IMG/VR virus record: IMGVR_UViG_3300045988_132337
Location: 1 to 45,095 of that record
DNA from: a virus
Direction: 5' to 3' (one strand)
DNA length: 45,095 nt
Shown here: positions 1 through 9,114 of the stretch, in pieces
Layout of the letters: every line of letters begins with the position of its first letter
Numbering within the stretch: the stretch's first letter is position 1
Notes under the pieces: generated by a model
Database searches by the model: none
What the model saw: only the letters and a program-made list of their open reading frames with translations
What the model was told of the DNA's origin: nothing
Position numbers and translations under genes: made by a program

Positions 1-55
1 CCCCCCCGCCATACTTAATACAGCGTAGTTTTCCTGATAGAACGATAAATAATCA
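1..55. repeat. Terminal overlap, identical to 45041..45095 (circularisation or assembly k-mer overlap)
   Basis: Direct comparison shows that cccccccgccatacttaatacagcgtagttttcctgatagaacgataaataatca occurs at both ends. Confidence 0.95.
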
Positions 56-711
56 AACGCTCCCTCAGCTAAAACGAGTACCGATTTATCACGGTTTAGT
101 GTATCTAATCCAAAAATGTCATTTTCATTGAATCCGTCTAAATACGGTTTTTTATACTTGGGATTGGTTTTTGTTACCTCACCCATCGTTCTACCGCAGT
201 AATAACATATATATCCGTTCTTCCACATAGGAATTATTAATCGATTTTCATCGAAATTAAACCCGATTTTTAATTTATTTATGGTTTCATCGTTGATTTT
301 GCGATTATGTAAATATTTACGGTGTTCATCGGTTAAATTTTTATGCCATGCTTCGACTTTATTACATAGATTTTGTGTGTAATCTTTCCATTTTTCGGAA
401 TACTCGCTATTAGGTAATGGTATGCCGGTATATTCACTAAGAAATTTTATCGCCTGACCTCTATCAGCATCATATGTGTGCAGCGCCAACAGATCAATGA
501 CATCACCGCCCTGAGCATCTGAAAATGAATACCAGTAATCATTGTTGATGACGACTGAATTAGGGTTCGACCCGCTGTGTAAGAAACTAGGACACCTATC
601 CCCCGAATTTTTAATAGGAAGTCCACAAACAGAAGAAGCTATCGCAACGCATGACGTAGCGTTTTTGATAGCCTCAAGGGTCACTTTAAATTCATTGTTA
701 TCGTTTGGCAT
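1..711 (-). CDS. DNA primase/helicase, N-terminal 233 codons; continues in frame into 43328..45040 across the circular junction
   Basis: Manual translation from ATG 711..709 gives MPNDNNEFKV...CPSFLHSGSNPNSVVINNDYWYSFSDAQGGDVIDLL (degenerate DnaG-type CHC2 zinc-finger region) and ...VLVLAEGAFDYLSF (Toprim Glu). It is in frame with the MAGG start of the 43328..45052 ORF (711-12=699 nt). It is missing from the ORF track because it runs off the window edge. Confidence 0.85.
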   Translation of the reverse strand, partial: MPNDNNEFKVTLEAIKNATSCVAIASSVCGLPIKNSGDRCPSFLHSGSNPNSVVINNDYWYSFSDAQGGDVIDLLALHTYDADRGQAIKFLSEYTGIPLPNSEYSEKWKDYTQNLCNKVEAWHKNLTDEHRKYLHNRKINDETINKLKIGFNFDENRLIIPMWKNGYICYYCGRTMGEVTKTNPKYKKPYLDGFNENDIFGLDTLNRDKSVLVLAEGAFDYLSFYQENYAVLSMAGG

Positions 712-838
712 TACGTACAAAAGCCTCTATCTGCTCAGGGGATAAATTTTTATACATTCTGTAAATATAAATTTTTTCAACTGTCTCACAAATGATTATC
801 GTTAAAAGAATTATTGTTAGTAAAACAAATACATGCAT
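698..838 (-). CDS. Small membrane protein, 46 aa
   Basis: ATG 838..836 is preceded by GGAGGA. Translation is MHVFVLLTIILLTIIICETVEKIYIYRMYKNLSPEQIEAFVRNAKR, with one N-terminal TM segment. It overlaps the primase start. It is below the size cut-off of the ORF track. Confidence 0.4.
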   Translation of the reverse strand: MHVFVLLTIILLTIIICETVEKIYIYRMYKNLSPEQIEAFVRNAKR

Positions 839-839
839 T

Positions 840-1322
840 CTAATATCCTCCATTTTGTCTTTCATGATTTATTTTATTTTTCTTTAAATACATTTCGTAA
901 ATCTCATCCCATGTGAAACCGAAACGATGTCCTAAAGCAAACAATTTTTTAATCGAATGATCAAACCCCGACATTGATGCAATCGTTATTAACTCTGTGA
1001 ATATATTGTCACGACTGTATGGATTACTATCAGGAAAACAATCATTATACGTGAAATTAATATCAATTTCGTTATAATTAAGTAAACTTACTGCAAAGTG
1101 CAGACAGTCAACATATTCCTCTAAAGCCTTTTCTTTATTGTCTACAGCCGATTTCTTCCAGTGTTTAAAGTATGTTGGAAGTTCATTCATCAGCTCGCCT
1201 AGCTCAACGAATAGAGCTATACTCATTTTATTTTCAGGATATTCATTACCATTTAAAATACGTGTATCTAAAATAGTTTGTTGTTTTCTTATATACTCAA
1301 ATTGTTCTTTAAATTTATTCAT
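840..1322 (-). CDS. All-alpha NTP pyrophosphohydrolase, dimeric dUTPase/MazG-like
   Basis: The motif region LFVELGELMNELPTYFKHWKK...ALEEYVDCLHFAVSLL resembles the dUTPase_2/MazG fold. The likely start is MNKF at 1322, behind AGGAGG, with a TAATG overlap to the upstream gene. The track start at 1349 is less likely. Confidence 0.55.
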   Translation of the reverse strand: MNKFKEQFEYIRKQQTILDTRILNGNEYPENKMSIALFVELGELMNELPTYFKHWKKSAVDNKEKALEEYVDCLHFAVSLLNYNEIDINFTYNDCFPDSNPYSRDNIFTELITIASMSGFDHSIKKLFALGHRFGFTWDEIYEMYLKKNKINHERQNGGY

Positions 1323-1711
1323 TATATTCCTCCTAAATAATTTGCACATTGTACTGGAAAGAAGCGATTTTCTTCAAATTCTCTGGCAATACATTCCATA
1401 TTATCAAAAAATATTTTCTTATCTTTATCATGATAAAGATATTCGCAATCTGATTCTGACAAAATTTTTATTATCTTGATAAACGTATATTCTTCAATTT
1501 TTGGTTTTCTATCTAAAATCAACATACCAACTTTAAAATCTTCGAATTTGTATGGTTTAGGATTAAAAATATAATTAAGCATTTTTTCATAGCCTATAAT
1601 ACCTGAATTTATAGCACCTTTAGCATCAATAATATCTAGACCTCTTCCGAGTCTATCATAAGCAACTTCTAGTTCAAATTTATATTTTAACAATTCTTCT
1701 TTACTCAACAT
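1322..1711 (-). CDS. Hypothetical early protein, 129 aa
   Basis: ORF co-oriented and tightly packed with its neighbours. No motif recognised. Confidence 0.6.
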   Translation of the reverse strand: MLSKEELLKYKFELEVAYDRLGRGLDIIDAKGAINSGIIGYEKMLNYIFNPKPYKFEDFKVGMLILDRKPKIEEYTFIKIIKILSESDCEYLYHDKDKKIFFDNMECIAREFEENRFFPVQCANYLGGI

Positions 1712-1717
1712 TTTATA

Positions 1718-1918
1718 CTATTCTCCATGTAGTTGATTTTCTACCCCTAAAAGCTCAGCAATTTCATATAATGTATTGCTCTCACCACAACTATAACCAT
1801 CCCAAAATACATCATCATAATTCCCATATGATCTTTCAGAAGTATAATCACAAGCATCATGATTGTAATTTTTTTTAATATATGCAATTAATTTTTCATA
1901 TGTTTCTTTACTCAACAT
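1718..1918 (-). CDS. Hypothetical early protein, 66 aa
   Basis: Co-oriented, packed ORF. Confidence 0.5.
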   Translation of the reverse strand: MLSKETYEKLIAYIKKNYNHDACDYTSERSYGNYDDVFWDGYSCGESNTLYEIAELLGVENQLHGE

Positions 1919-2189
1919 TTTCTTTCACCTCTTCATTAATAAGTGAGTAGTCAATATCATGTGTTTCTTCAAATTCAAATGTTTTGTTATCATCAACAAA
2001 TAATACTTTAAAACCTTCATCAGATAATTCTTCAATCAATGTTTGGTAATCATTATATGAATTTTCATATTTATCTAAAATACAATCAAATTCATATAAT
2101 CTGCCTTCTGGAACAACTACATTTATAAATACATTTCTTCTATATTTTTCTGTAATTTGCAGTCTTAATTTATTTTCCATCAAATCCAC
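1908..2189 (-). CDS. Hypothetical early protein, 93 aa
   Basis: Co-oriented ORF that overlaps its neighbours by a few nt. Confidence 0.55.
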   Translation of the reverse strand: MDLMENKLRLQITEKYRRNVFINVVVPEGRLYEFDCILDKYENSYNDYQTLIEELSDEGFKVLFVDDNKTFEFEETHDIDYSLINEEVKENVE

Positions 2190-2392
2190 TCCAGTTCTTT
2201 CATTTGTGCTGTTATTGCATTATGTATTTCTAAATTAATGTAACAATATCCAAAGACACCGTATTCTTTATCGTGTTCATAAAACGAAATCTTGCAATCA
2301 ATATCTCTGTTCGTCCATATTATTATTTCACCATCGTTGTATATTGTTGTATAAAACCCTAATTCCTCAAACATTTCTTTAGCGGTCATCAT
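2180..2392 (-). CDS. Hypothetical early protein, 70 aa
   Basis: Co-oriented ORF with overlapping start and stop. Confidence 0.5.
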   Translation of the reverse strand: MMTAKEMFEELGFYTTIYNDGEIIIWTNRDIDCKISFYEHDKEYGVFGYCYINLEIHNAITAQMKELEWI

Positions 2393-2718
2393 CTTTCACT
2401 CCCTAAATACGGTTTTGGTAAAGGCATCCAAGCGTCAACCATGTTATATGACCACCACCAATTTCCTCTTGTTTCAAACCAATGTTTTGTATCTGCATGA
2501 TATTCAAGAATACTTATATGCTTATTTTTAATAGTTAAAACAACTTGTCTATCATCAGGCAATCCTTTTTTAACTGGTACCCATGTTGTTTTATCAACCA
2601 ATTCTTGTAATAAAATACGATCCATTACAATTAGTTCACAGTTACAATTACCTTTTTCATCGAAATAATTATTTTCACAAAGTCTATCTAACGCTTCTTG
2701 ATATTTTGAATCACTCAT
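2389..2718 (-). CDS. DUF551-like phage protein, 109 aa
   Basis: The C-terminal ...VDAWMPLPKPY motif is typical of DUF551 phage proteins. Confidence 0.55.
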   Translation of the reverse strand: MSDSKYQEALDRLCENNYFDEKGNCNCELIVMDRILLQELVDKTTWVPVKKGLPDDRQVVLTIKNKHISILEYHADTKHWFETRGNWWWSYNMVDAWMPLPKPYLGSER

Positions 2719-2730
2719 ACTTCCACCTCA

Positions 2731-3018
2731 TTATTTTATATTTCCAACTCTTAACGGGTTATAAAATTGGTTTGCAATTTCCTTTTTAACATCTTCAAGA
2801 TCAATAGTTACTTTTACATTTTCACTAATATAAATATCTCTTAAATCTCTTTTTCTAATCATTGGTGCAACACAATCAGCTTTCATATCCATAGCATAAT
2901 CCGCATGATGTTGTAGTGGTAATTCAGCTAATGCACAAGCTACCATTCTTTTATAATTACAAATGCTTCGTTTTTTACACACTTTACATTTTGTTGCTAA
3001 CATTGTTAAAAATCTCAT
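2731..3018 (-). CDS. Cys-rich hypothetical protein, 95 aa
   Basis: Contains CKVCKKRSICNY...C. Co-oriented ORF. Confidence 0.5.
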   Translation of the reverse strand: MRFLTMLATKCKVCKKRSICNYKRMVACALAELPLQHHADYAMDMKADCVAPMIRKRDLRDIYISENVKVTIDLEDVKKEIANQFYNPLRVGNIK

Positions 3019-3021
3019 TAT

Positions 3022-3294
3022 TTAAACCTCATCATCATCAATTACTATAATATCTCGTGGCATTTGAAATACATTATTGCTATGTGTTTCGATATGTTTT
3101 TGTATCATATCCAATACTAAAACCGCTTTTTCTACCGACGAATAATTACCCATTGGGGAGTAATGTTCTTCATTATTTCTTAATTCATAATTAACTAAAA
3201 TATTATAATTATTGTTATCGCAACCCACATCAAAGGATTTGCACAACAACAATGATTTTTTATCTTGACTTCTAATCCAAATTTCCATCTTCAA
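3022..3294 (-). CDS. Hypothetical protein, 90 aa
   Basis: Co-oriented packed ORF. Confidence 0.5.
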   Translation of the reverse strand: MKMEIWIRSQDKKSLLLCKSFDVGCDNNNYNILVNYELRNNEEHYSPMGNYSSVEKAVLVLDMIQKHIETHSNNVFQMPRDIIVIDDDEV

Positions 3295-3541
3295 TTACCT
3301 CCTCATAGGTTGCTAAGAAAATATCGGGCTTGCATGGATAAAGTTCACCTTGCACGCCTTTTATTATGTAATCACCAACGCTTGCAGTCATACGCCCCTC
3401 TAATGTTATAATTTCGACATACCCCTCAATATGAGCAATAATCTCATGTTCGAGAACCTTTTTATAAAACCAACTTGGATATTCTTCACAACCAAGCTTG
3501 AACGCTTCCACAACTACAGGTTTCTTTCTATATTTAGGCAT
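3272..3541 (-). CDS. Conserved small phage protein, 89 aa
   Basis: The N-terminal KKPVVVEAF and C-terminal GDYIIKG..GELYPCKPDIF..TYEEV motifs recur in small phage beta-barrel proteins. Function unknown. Confidence 0.5.
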   Translation of the reverse strand: MPKYRKKPVVVEAFKLGCEEYPSWFYKKVLEHEIIAHIEGYVEIITLEGRMTASVGDYIIKGVQGELYPCKPDIFLATYEEVIEDGNLD

Positions 3542-3992
3542 CTTCTAATAACTCCTTGTTTTCGTATATATTTCCAATTATTTCAATATCATCACTATAA
3601 TATTGCTTGTTTTCTCTCTTTGTTAAATAGCTAATAAACAATCTAACGTAGTCACTTTTGTTTACTTTATTTAAGATCCATCCACCTAAATGCCAAGAAA
3701 TAATACATTTTTCATCATTTGCGCAAACAATATCTCCCTCATATACTTCTTTATTATTTTTGTCTTTTAAACCCGTATATTGTAATAATTTAATATTGCA
3801 ATAATCGCTAAAAATGGTGTGAATTTCTAAGGGAGAATTCTTTATGCGGATATGCGATATTTCACCGTTACACCAATAAATTTCATTGACATCAGATATC
3901 TTTTTATCAATTAATTTAACTTTGTCACCATCATAAAAATTTTGTTTTTCTTTTACTTCTATATATGCTTTAAATTTTATTTCTCTATTCAT
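3534..3992 (-). CDS. YopX-family protein
   Basis: Contains MNREIKFKAY..., LLQYTGLKDKNNKEVYEGDIV and IIGNIYENKELLE, which are characteristic YopX motifs. Confidence 0.7.
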   Translation of the reverse strand: MNREIKFKAYIEVKEKQNFYDGDKVKLIDKKISDVNEIYWCNGEISHIRIKNSPLEIHTIFSDYCNIKLLQYTGLKDKNNKEVYEGDIVCANDEKCIISWHLGGWILNKVNKSDYVRLFISYLTKRENKQYYSDDIEIIGNIYENKELLEDA

Positions 3993-4437
3993 CTTCCACT
4001 ACCTCACAATTACTTAATATTTTATCGATGTTATAAGGTTCTTCATCTTCCCGTTTAACAAATTTAAACAATTCATCAAACACAATCATAAATTCGCCAT
4101 TGTAACCCCAAGAAATTGTTCCTTTCAATGTTGGTATATTTGTATACAGATACACACAGCCGTCATTGTCCCTTGCAATAAAGTTATATTCATTTTCCTT
4201 AGCAAACTTTAAATATTCATATTCAAATTTTGATAATTTAACAGGTTTTTTATATTCTTCTAATAAGTCCAGCAACGACCGTCTTAAACATTCTGAACAT
4301 ACTAATCCACTGCAATTGTGTTTGTTAACACTGGAATTTGTCGTAATTCGATGTAACCAGCAAGAGAGAATCTCATCAGCATTAACATCTGTATCAAAAT
4401 TTTTAATCTTTTCTTTAATCTTTTCTATCCTTAACAT
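3985..4437 (-). CDS. Hypothetical protein, 150 aa
   Basis: Co-oriented ORF containing a CSGLVCSEC segment. Confidence 0.55.
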   Translation of the reverse strand: MLRIEKIKEKIKNFDTDVNADEILSCWLHRITTNSSVNKHNCSGLVCSECLRRSLLDLLEEYKKPVKLSKFEYEYLKFAKENEYNFIARDNDGCVYLYTNIPTLKGTISWGYNGEFMIVFDELFKFVKREDEEPYNIDKILSNCEVVEDE

Positions 4438-4624
4438 TATTTTTGTTCTCCTTAAATTTATTGTTCCAATACCTTTTATTATTAAGATAGTTAGACATAC
4501 AGCTGTAGCTACAGAATGTATAATTGCCCCTTCTATAAGCCCATTCTTTCATGTAGATGCTTACGTATGTCTTACCACATATAGGACATTTTCTTTCTTC
4601 AATACGATTAATTTTTCCCGACAT
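4415..4624 (-). CDS. Small zinc-finger protein, 69 aa
   Basis: Cysteine pattern CPICG...CSYSC. Confidence 0.5.
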   Translation of the reverse strand: MSGKINRIEERKCPICGKTYVSIYMKEWAYRRGNYTFCSYSCMSNYLNNKRYWNNKFKENKNNVKDRKD

Positions 4625-4931
4625 ATGTATTATAAATTTGTACAGCTTGCTCGACTGATCTAACTACAAACACAAGATGTCCTAACTTGCGTAACTCCTC
4701 GTGGAATTTGTCTTGAGCATTTCGAGTTTTACCAGTCTTAGTTTTAATTTCATACCATAATGTCATCCCATTGGGGCATATAATCATTAAATCAGGAGTT
4801 CCTACTATGCCTATTTTTATAGGTGTCATATTGTTTGTGTAAAAATTTCCTACTTGCATTCTGTAAGGAATAGCACCTAATTGAGACATAGAAACTTCAA
4901 TCTTATTTTGTATAACTGTTTCAGGATTCAT
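4608..4931 (-). CDS. VRR-NUC domain nuclease
   Basis: GTPDLMII...LWYEIKTKTGK...Q matches the PD-(D/E)xK VRR-NUC signature. It sits in the early module. Confidence 0.7.
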   Translation of the reverse strand: MNPETVIQNKIEVSMSQLGAIPYRMQVGNFYTNNMTPIKIGIVGTPDLMIICPNGMTLWYEIKTKTGKTRNAQDKFHEELRKLGHLVFVVRSVEQAVQIYNTYVGKN

Positions 4932-5033
4932 CGGTTACCTCTTTTTTTACTTTTTATTCTTCTGCTTCTAGGTGTAATATAGAATGCACTTTGCTTATAA
5001 AATTTATTAAATTTATAATTATTCATAGCTTTC

Positions 5034-5222
5034 TTAACACTCACTCTTCCTAACATTTACATCACCTTTTTCAAAATCAACACGTACCGTTTTAGCGTAT
5101 CTAATTTTCTCGATGGCACTAGAATGGCAATGTTCACATATCCAGTAGTTATCTTTATTACCCTTGAAATTAAAATCTATATCGTCTAAACGCATTTCTT
5201 CTCCACAGTATTTACATTTCAT
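5034..5222 (-). CDS. Zinc-ribbon protein, 62 aa
   Basis: Cysteine pairs CKYCG...CEHC. Confidence 0.5.
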   Translation of the reverse strand: MKCKYCGEEMRLDDIDFNFKGNKDNYWICEHCHSSAIEKIRYAKTVRVDFEKGDVNVRKSEC

Positions 5223-5223
5223 T

Positions 5224-5502
5224 CTATAGCTCCTCTAATTTAGTTATTTCTTCATCTAGCCATTGTTCAATAGTATCTGTTATCCTATCGTGCAAGTCTT
5301 TTGGCAAAATTATACTCGTACTCTCTATACAACCTCTCGTTTCCCTACCTATTCCAATCATACGTTTAGTTTTAAAAATCCTAATGGAATACCTACCGAG
5401 ATATGGACCGTGATATTTTTTTCCGCACCACTTCATTAAATCTTTAATAGGTTTTATCTTGTCTAACCGTTCTTTGTATTCTTCATATTGTTTTTCTGTC
5501 AT
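5224..5502 (-). CDS. Hypothetical protein, 92 aa
   Basis: Co-oriented packed ORF. Confidence 0.5.
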   Translation of the reverse strand: MTEKQYEEYKERLDKIKPIKDLMKWCGKKYHGPYLGRYSIRIFKTKRMIGIGRETRGCIESTSIILPKDLHDRITDTIEQWLDEEITKLEEL

Positions 5503-5729
5503 TTTCTAACCACCTCATATTCATTGCCATTCAATTCTTCTTTAAGCAATAGTGGGAATCCCAGAATTCTGGGAACATAGTTATTTGCTATCATTTTGTA
5601 AGATTGAATCATTTTAATATATGAATACATAGCACGTGAAACATAGATAATATATTCACCCTCCTTACCAAGTAATGAATCATAAATTTCATCAACCATA
5701 TTTTCATAAATACGTCTATTGATTTTCAT
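5499..5729 (-). CDS. Hypothetical protein, 76 aa
   Basis: Co-oriented ORF with an ATGA-type overlap. Confidence 0.5.
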   Translation of the reverse strand: MKINRRIYENMVDEIYDSLLGKEGEYIIYVSRAMYSYIKMIQSYKMIANNYVPRILGFPLLLKEELNGNEYEVVRK

Positions 5730-6015
5730 GCTTTCTTACCTCTGATAGAATTTCATCCTTTATAGCGGATATATGGCTAATTATTTCATTAACACACTCT
5801 AAATCGTGCGTTCTTATTTCTCGGTTTATAAGTCCTAGGGTTAAATCATCAAGTGATTTATAAAAACTAATTGGTTGTAAATATTCTTCGTTTGTTTTTT
5901 TATTAAATAATATTTTATTTAATATATAGCAGTGTGTGTCTGAAGTGATTATGTAATTATCATTTATTTTTAATTTCATAATTTTAACTCCTTGTTTCGT
6001 ACCGAATAACAGCAT
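5716..6015 (-). CDS. Hypothetical protein, up to 99 aa; start uncertain
   Basis: Co-oriented ORF. An internal MKLKIND start is possible. Confidence 0.45.
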   Translation of the reverse strand: MLLFGTKQGVKIMKLKINDNYIITSDTHCYILNKILFNKKTNEEYLQPISFYKSLDDLTLGLINREIRTHDLECVNEIISHISAIKDEILSEVRKHENQ

Positions 6016-6308
6016 TTTAGCCGTAACCCGTGATTGACTGCTTTTAACACAGTCGTATAATATACGCCGTACTTTTCCGCAATATCTCTAGTTGTTCCTT
6101 CATAAACAATATTATTTCTATCGTCTAACACTTGTAGTGTCTTTGTTCTTGTTGGAGCATCATAACCATAGTAGTCCAAAAAATTACGATAGCTTTTGAA
6201 CTTTTTTTCAACAGTTTTTATATCTCCGCCCAACAGAATAAACTCTTTCTTTGTAGGCGAACGGTAATAACTGTTTAAAAACTCGTCAACAATATTAATA
6301 TCTTTCAT
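5976..6308 (-). CDS. Putative DNA-binding protein with a C-terminal HTH
   Basis: The likely start is MKDINIV at 6308, behind GAGGTG. The C-terminal TTRDIAEKYGVYYTTVLKAVNHG looks like a NUMOD1/sigma-like HTH. Confidence 0.45.
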   Translation of the reverse strand: MKDINIVDEFLNSYYRSPTKKEFILLGGDIKTVEKKFKSYRNFLDYYGYDAPTRTKTLQVLDDRNNIVYEGTTRDIAEKYGVYYTTVLKAVNHGLRLKCCYSVRNKELKL

Positions 6309-6468
6309 TGTATGGATCACCTCTATTTCCAATTGCATCAAATAAACTTTCTTGCTCATATCTCTTACTAAATTTATTGCAGTGCTTTTTAGTAGGTTGA
6401 ATTTCCAACCTACTAATCGTACACTTATTTTTTATATTGTGTTTACAGCACTTGCATATGTTATTCAT
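6295..6468 (-). CDS. Cys-rich small protein, 57 aa
   Basis: The likely start is MNNICKCCKHNIKNKC at 6468, behind GGAG. The track start at 6534 lies inside the upstream gene. Confidence 0.4.
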   Translation of the reverse strand: MNNICKCCKHNIKNKCTISRLEIQPTKKHCNKFSKRYEQESLFDAIGNRGDPYNERY

Positions 6469-7006
6469 CAGGACTCCACTCCAATCCCAGAACAATATAA
6501 GTCGTAGTTTTAAGAAATGGATACTGCTGTTCATAATAGTTTTTAATCAAAAAGTTATTACCATCATCACTTAGTTTAAGTATAGAGTTATCAAATAGAG
6601 TTATTAAATCTAAATCGTCATCAGTAACTAAAGCTGAATTCATAATCTCATGGATCATGTAACTGTCTTTTTTATTTATGTAACATAATTCTTTCGCGTT
6701 TACTGCCTTGCTTAAAATTCGACTGTTTAAATTACCGATGCAATCATTCTCTTTCGTAAGCAGATATCCAGTTTTAATGCCCTTGTAAATCTTGTATTCA
6801 CCATCTTCACAATCAATAACGGTACTGTCTAAAATATCGTTTTCAGCTTCATACAAGATACCTACATCAAAGTTATAAAAAAACAATGTATTGTTTTTCT
6901 TATATAATCGATAATAGTCCCCGTTTTGTTTTGCTAATTTGCTCATTAATTCCACTACTTCATATAAACGACCATCCGTTTTTAAAATATTTAATTTCTC
7001 TTTCAT
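6461..7006 (-). CDS. Hypothetical protein, 181 aa
   Basis: Co-oriented ORF with an ATGA overlap to the methyltransferase stop. Confidence 0.6.
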   Translation of the reverse strand: MKEKLNILKTDGRLYEVVELMSKLAKQNGDYYRLYKKNNTLFFYNFDVGILYEAENDILDSTVIDCEDGEYKIYKGIKTGYLLTKENDCIGNLNSRILSKAVNAKELCYINKKDSYMIHEIMNSALVTDDDLDLITLFDNSILKLSDDGNNFLIKNYYEQQYPFLKTTTYIVLGLEWSPDE

Positions 7007-7719
7007 AATTTTATTTTCTCTAGCCTTTCTTTTGATATGTTGAAATATTTTTCTTCAAGTTCAATGCCAATGAATTTTCTATTTGTTAGTAAACAAGCTT
7101 CTCCAGTAGAACCACTACCCATAAATGGATCTAAAACAGAATCATTTTCATTGGTACTATTAACAATAAAATTTTTTAAAATATCCACAGGTTTACAAGT
7201 TGGATGCCTATATAATTTTTTATCCTTTTGATTCAACGGTGTTTCATAGTGCGTTTTTTTTGTGTCAAAAGAGCCATAAATTTTTACACCTTTTTCTCTA
7301 AAAAACAAAATATATTCAGTATCCGTTAGATATTTATTTCCACACGCTGGAACAGGATTTGTTTTATGCCAAGTTAATAAATTCCAATTTATTTGTCTTT
7401 TGTATAGAATGTGATCTATATTGTTTTTATTCTTTAAAAAATAATCTAATAATTTATGTATTTGCTTTTGACTGCAAAAAATATATATATTTACTTTTTT
7501 TAAAATTCGAATCATTTCATCTAAAATTTCTTCATTATATCCATTTTTAATAAAATTCAGCTCTTTAACATACTGCTTATCTTTATGTGTATACAGTCCT
7601 CCCCCACTTGTTACAATTTCATAGGGTGGATCTGTAACTATCAAATCAATTGATTTATCGGGAATTTTTTTCATTAATTCCATACAATCACCTTGTCTTA
7701 TTAAATAATTATCTTTCAT
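7003..7719 (-). CDS. DNA methyltransferase (N6-A/N4-C, beta class); no cognate nuclease recognised
   Basis: Motif IV DLIVTDPPY is N-terminal and motif I DPFMGSGSTGEA is C-terminal. No cognate restriction endonuclease was recognised among the adjacent ORFs. Confidence 0.85.
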   Translation of the reverse strand: MKDNYLIRQGDCMELMKKIPDKSIDLIVTDPPYEIVTSGGGLYTHKDKQYVKELNFIKNGYNEEILDEMIRILKKVNIYIFCSQKQIHKLLDYFLKNKNNIDHILYKRQINWNLLTWHKTNPVPACGNKYLTDTEYILFFREKGVKIYGSFDTKKTHYETPLNQKDKKLYRHPTCKPVDILKNFIVNSTNENDSVLDPFMGSGSTGEACLLTNRKFIGIELEEKYFNISKERLEKIKL

Positions 7720-7771
7720 TTATAATATGGAGTAACTCGAGTTTTATGTGCGCACAACTCTTACTCCTTTT

Positions 7772-9112
7772 CTATAATTTTATTCCTTTTCTTTTAGCAG
7801 TAACGAATATCCATCCGGGCTTATACCCTCGTTCTCTTGCTATTTTTATTAAATCTTCTTTTGTTTTAGCCATTCCGACTTCCATTCTTTGTTTTCTCTT
7901 ATGTTCAGCTATAGCTATTTTTTCTTGTTCGCTAATTTTTCGTAAACGAACTTCTTCCATACACTGCAATTCACGACCCTTAACCTCAAACTCGTGTCCA
8001 CAGTAAGGACATTTATTTGCAGTTTTAAAAATCCTGAAACAGTTAGGACAGTTTCTGATTGTAAAACTACCATCATCATTATTTGTTTTATGTTTACGTT
8101 TAACACCCTCCAAAGTCCATTCTCTATTCTCATCGGGAAGACCATGTCTTTGATAATTACCAACACAGTCAATAATAACTGCTTTTTTTCCATTACCATC
8201 AGGGGTTAAAACTCTCATACTCTGCTGAATATATAATGCTAAACTCTGTGTAGGTCTTAGCAGCAGTCCTATAGATGCATTAGGCAGTGTAATACCCTCA
8301 CTTATAATATTTGCATTACATAGAACTGTATAATAACCTGAACGATATAAATCCATTATTTTTTTACGTTCAGTTTTATTCATCGAACCATCAATATGTA
8401 CAGCTTTTATACCAGCTGAGTTAAACTCTTCACATACTTTTTTAGAATGATTAACACCAGCACAGTAAGCAATCGCTTGTCTGCCATCGCCTAATTTTTT
8501 ATAACTGTCTATCACATCACCATAAATTGCACTGTTAAACATAAGATCATTAAGTTGCTTACCGTTATAGTCACCACCTAATGTATCGATATCAGTTAAA
8601 TCCAATGCTATGTCAGGAGCGTAATACTCAAAATCTGCTATAGCACCTTGTTTTATTAAATATTTAACTGATACACCATTAATCAATGTATCGTACAATG
8701 TCAATTTATCTCCATTTAATCTAGTAGGTGTTGCGCTAAAGCCAATTATTATACAACCATAAAACTCGGCTATTTTTTTATAACTGCTTGCTTCACTCAA
8801 GTGACATTCGTCTATCAAAATAACCGTAGGTTTTTCATGTTCCCCTAGGTGGTTTACTTCTGTAAATACACTTGCTAATCTACATTTATTTAACAACCCT
8901 AGACTATCAATCAGTTCTTTGTGCTGACTAAGGAGCTCATTTCTATGCGCTAGGATTAAACTATTGCCTTTGCAAGTTTCAACGAACTTAGCCATTACAT
9001 AACTTTTACCACTACGGCAAGGTAACTGTATCAGGATACCTTTAGAACCTTTATTTATGGCTTTTATAGTATCCTGATAAACAGTTTCTTGATAATCTCT
9101 AAGCTGAATCAT
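7772..9112 (-). CDS. SF2 DEAD/DEAH-box helicase with a C-terminal zinc ribbon
   Basis: Walker A LPCRSGKS, motif II LIDECH, and CPNC...CPYCG near the C-terminus. Confidence 0.85.
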   Translation of the reverse strand: MIQLRDYQETVYQDTIKAINKGSKGILIQLPCRSGKSYVMAKFVETCKGNSLILAHRNELLSQHKELIDSLGLLNKCRLASVFTEVNHLGEHEKPTVILIDECHLSEASSYKKIAEFYGCIIIGFSATPTRLNGDKLTLYDTLINGVSVKYLIKQGAIADFEYYAPDIALDLTDIDTLGGDYNGKQLNDLMFNSAIYGDVIDSYKKLGDGRQAIAYCAGVNHSKKVCEEFNSAGIKAVHIDGSMNKTERKKIMDLYRSGYYTVLCNANIISEGITLPNASIGLLLRPTQSLALYIQQSMRVLTPDGNGKKAVIIDCVGNYQRHGLPDENREWTLEGVKRKHKTNNDDGSFTIRNCPNCFRIFKTANKCPYCGHEFEVKGRELQCMEEVRLRKISEQEKIAIAEHKRKQRMEVGMAKTKEDLIKIARERGYKPGWIFVTAKRKGIKL

Positions 9113-9114
9113 TG

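Noticed and set aside
542-745. Plus-strand 67-aa ORF at the window start
   Set aside because: It is antisense to the primase/helicase N-terminal coding region, which has clear zinc-finger and Toprim motifs.
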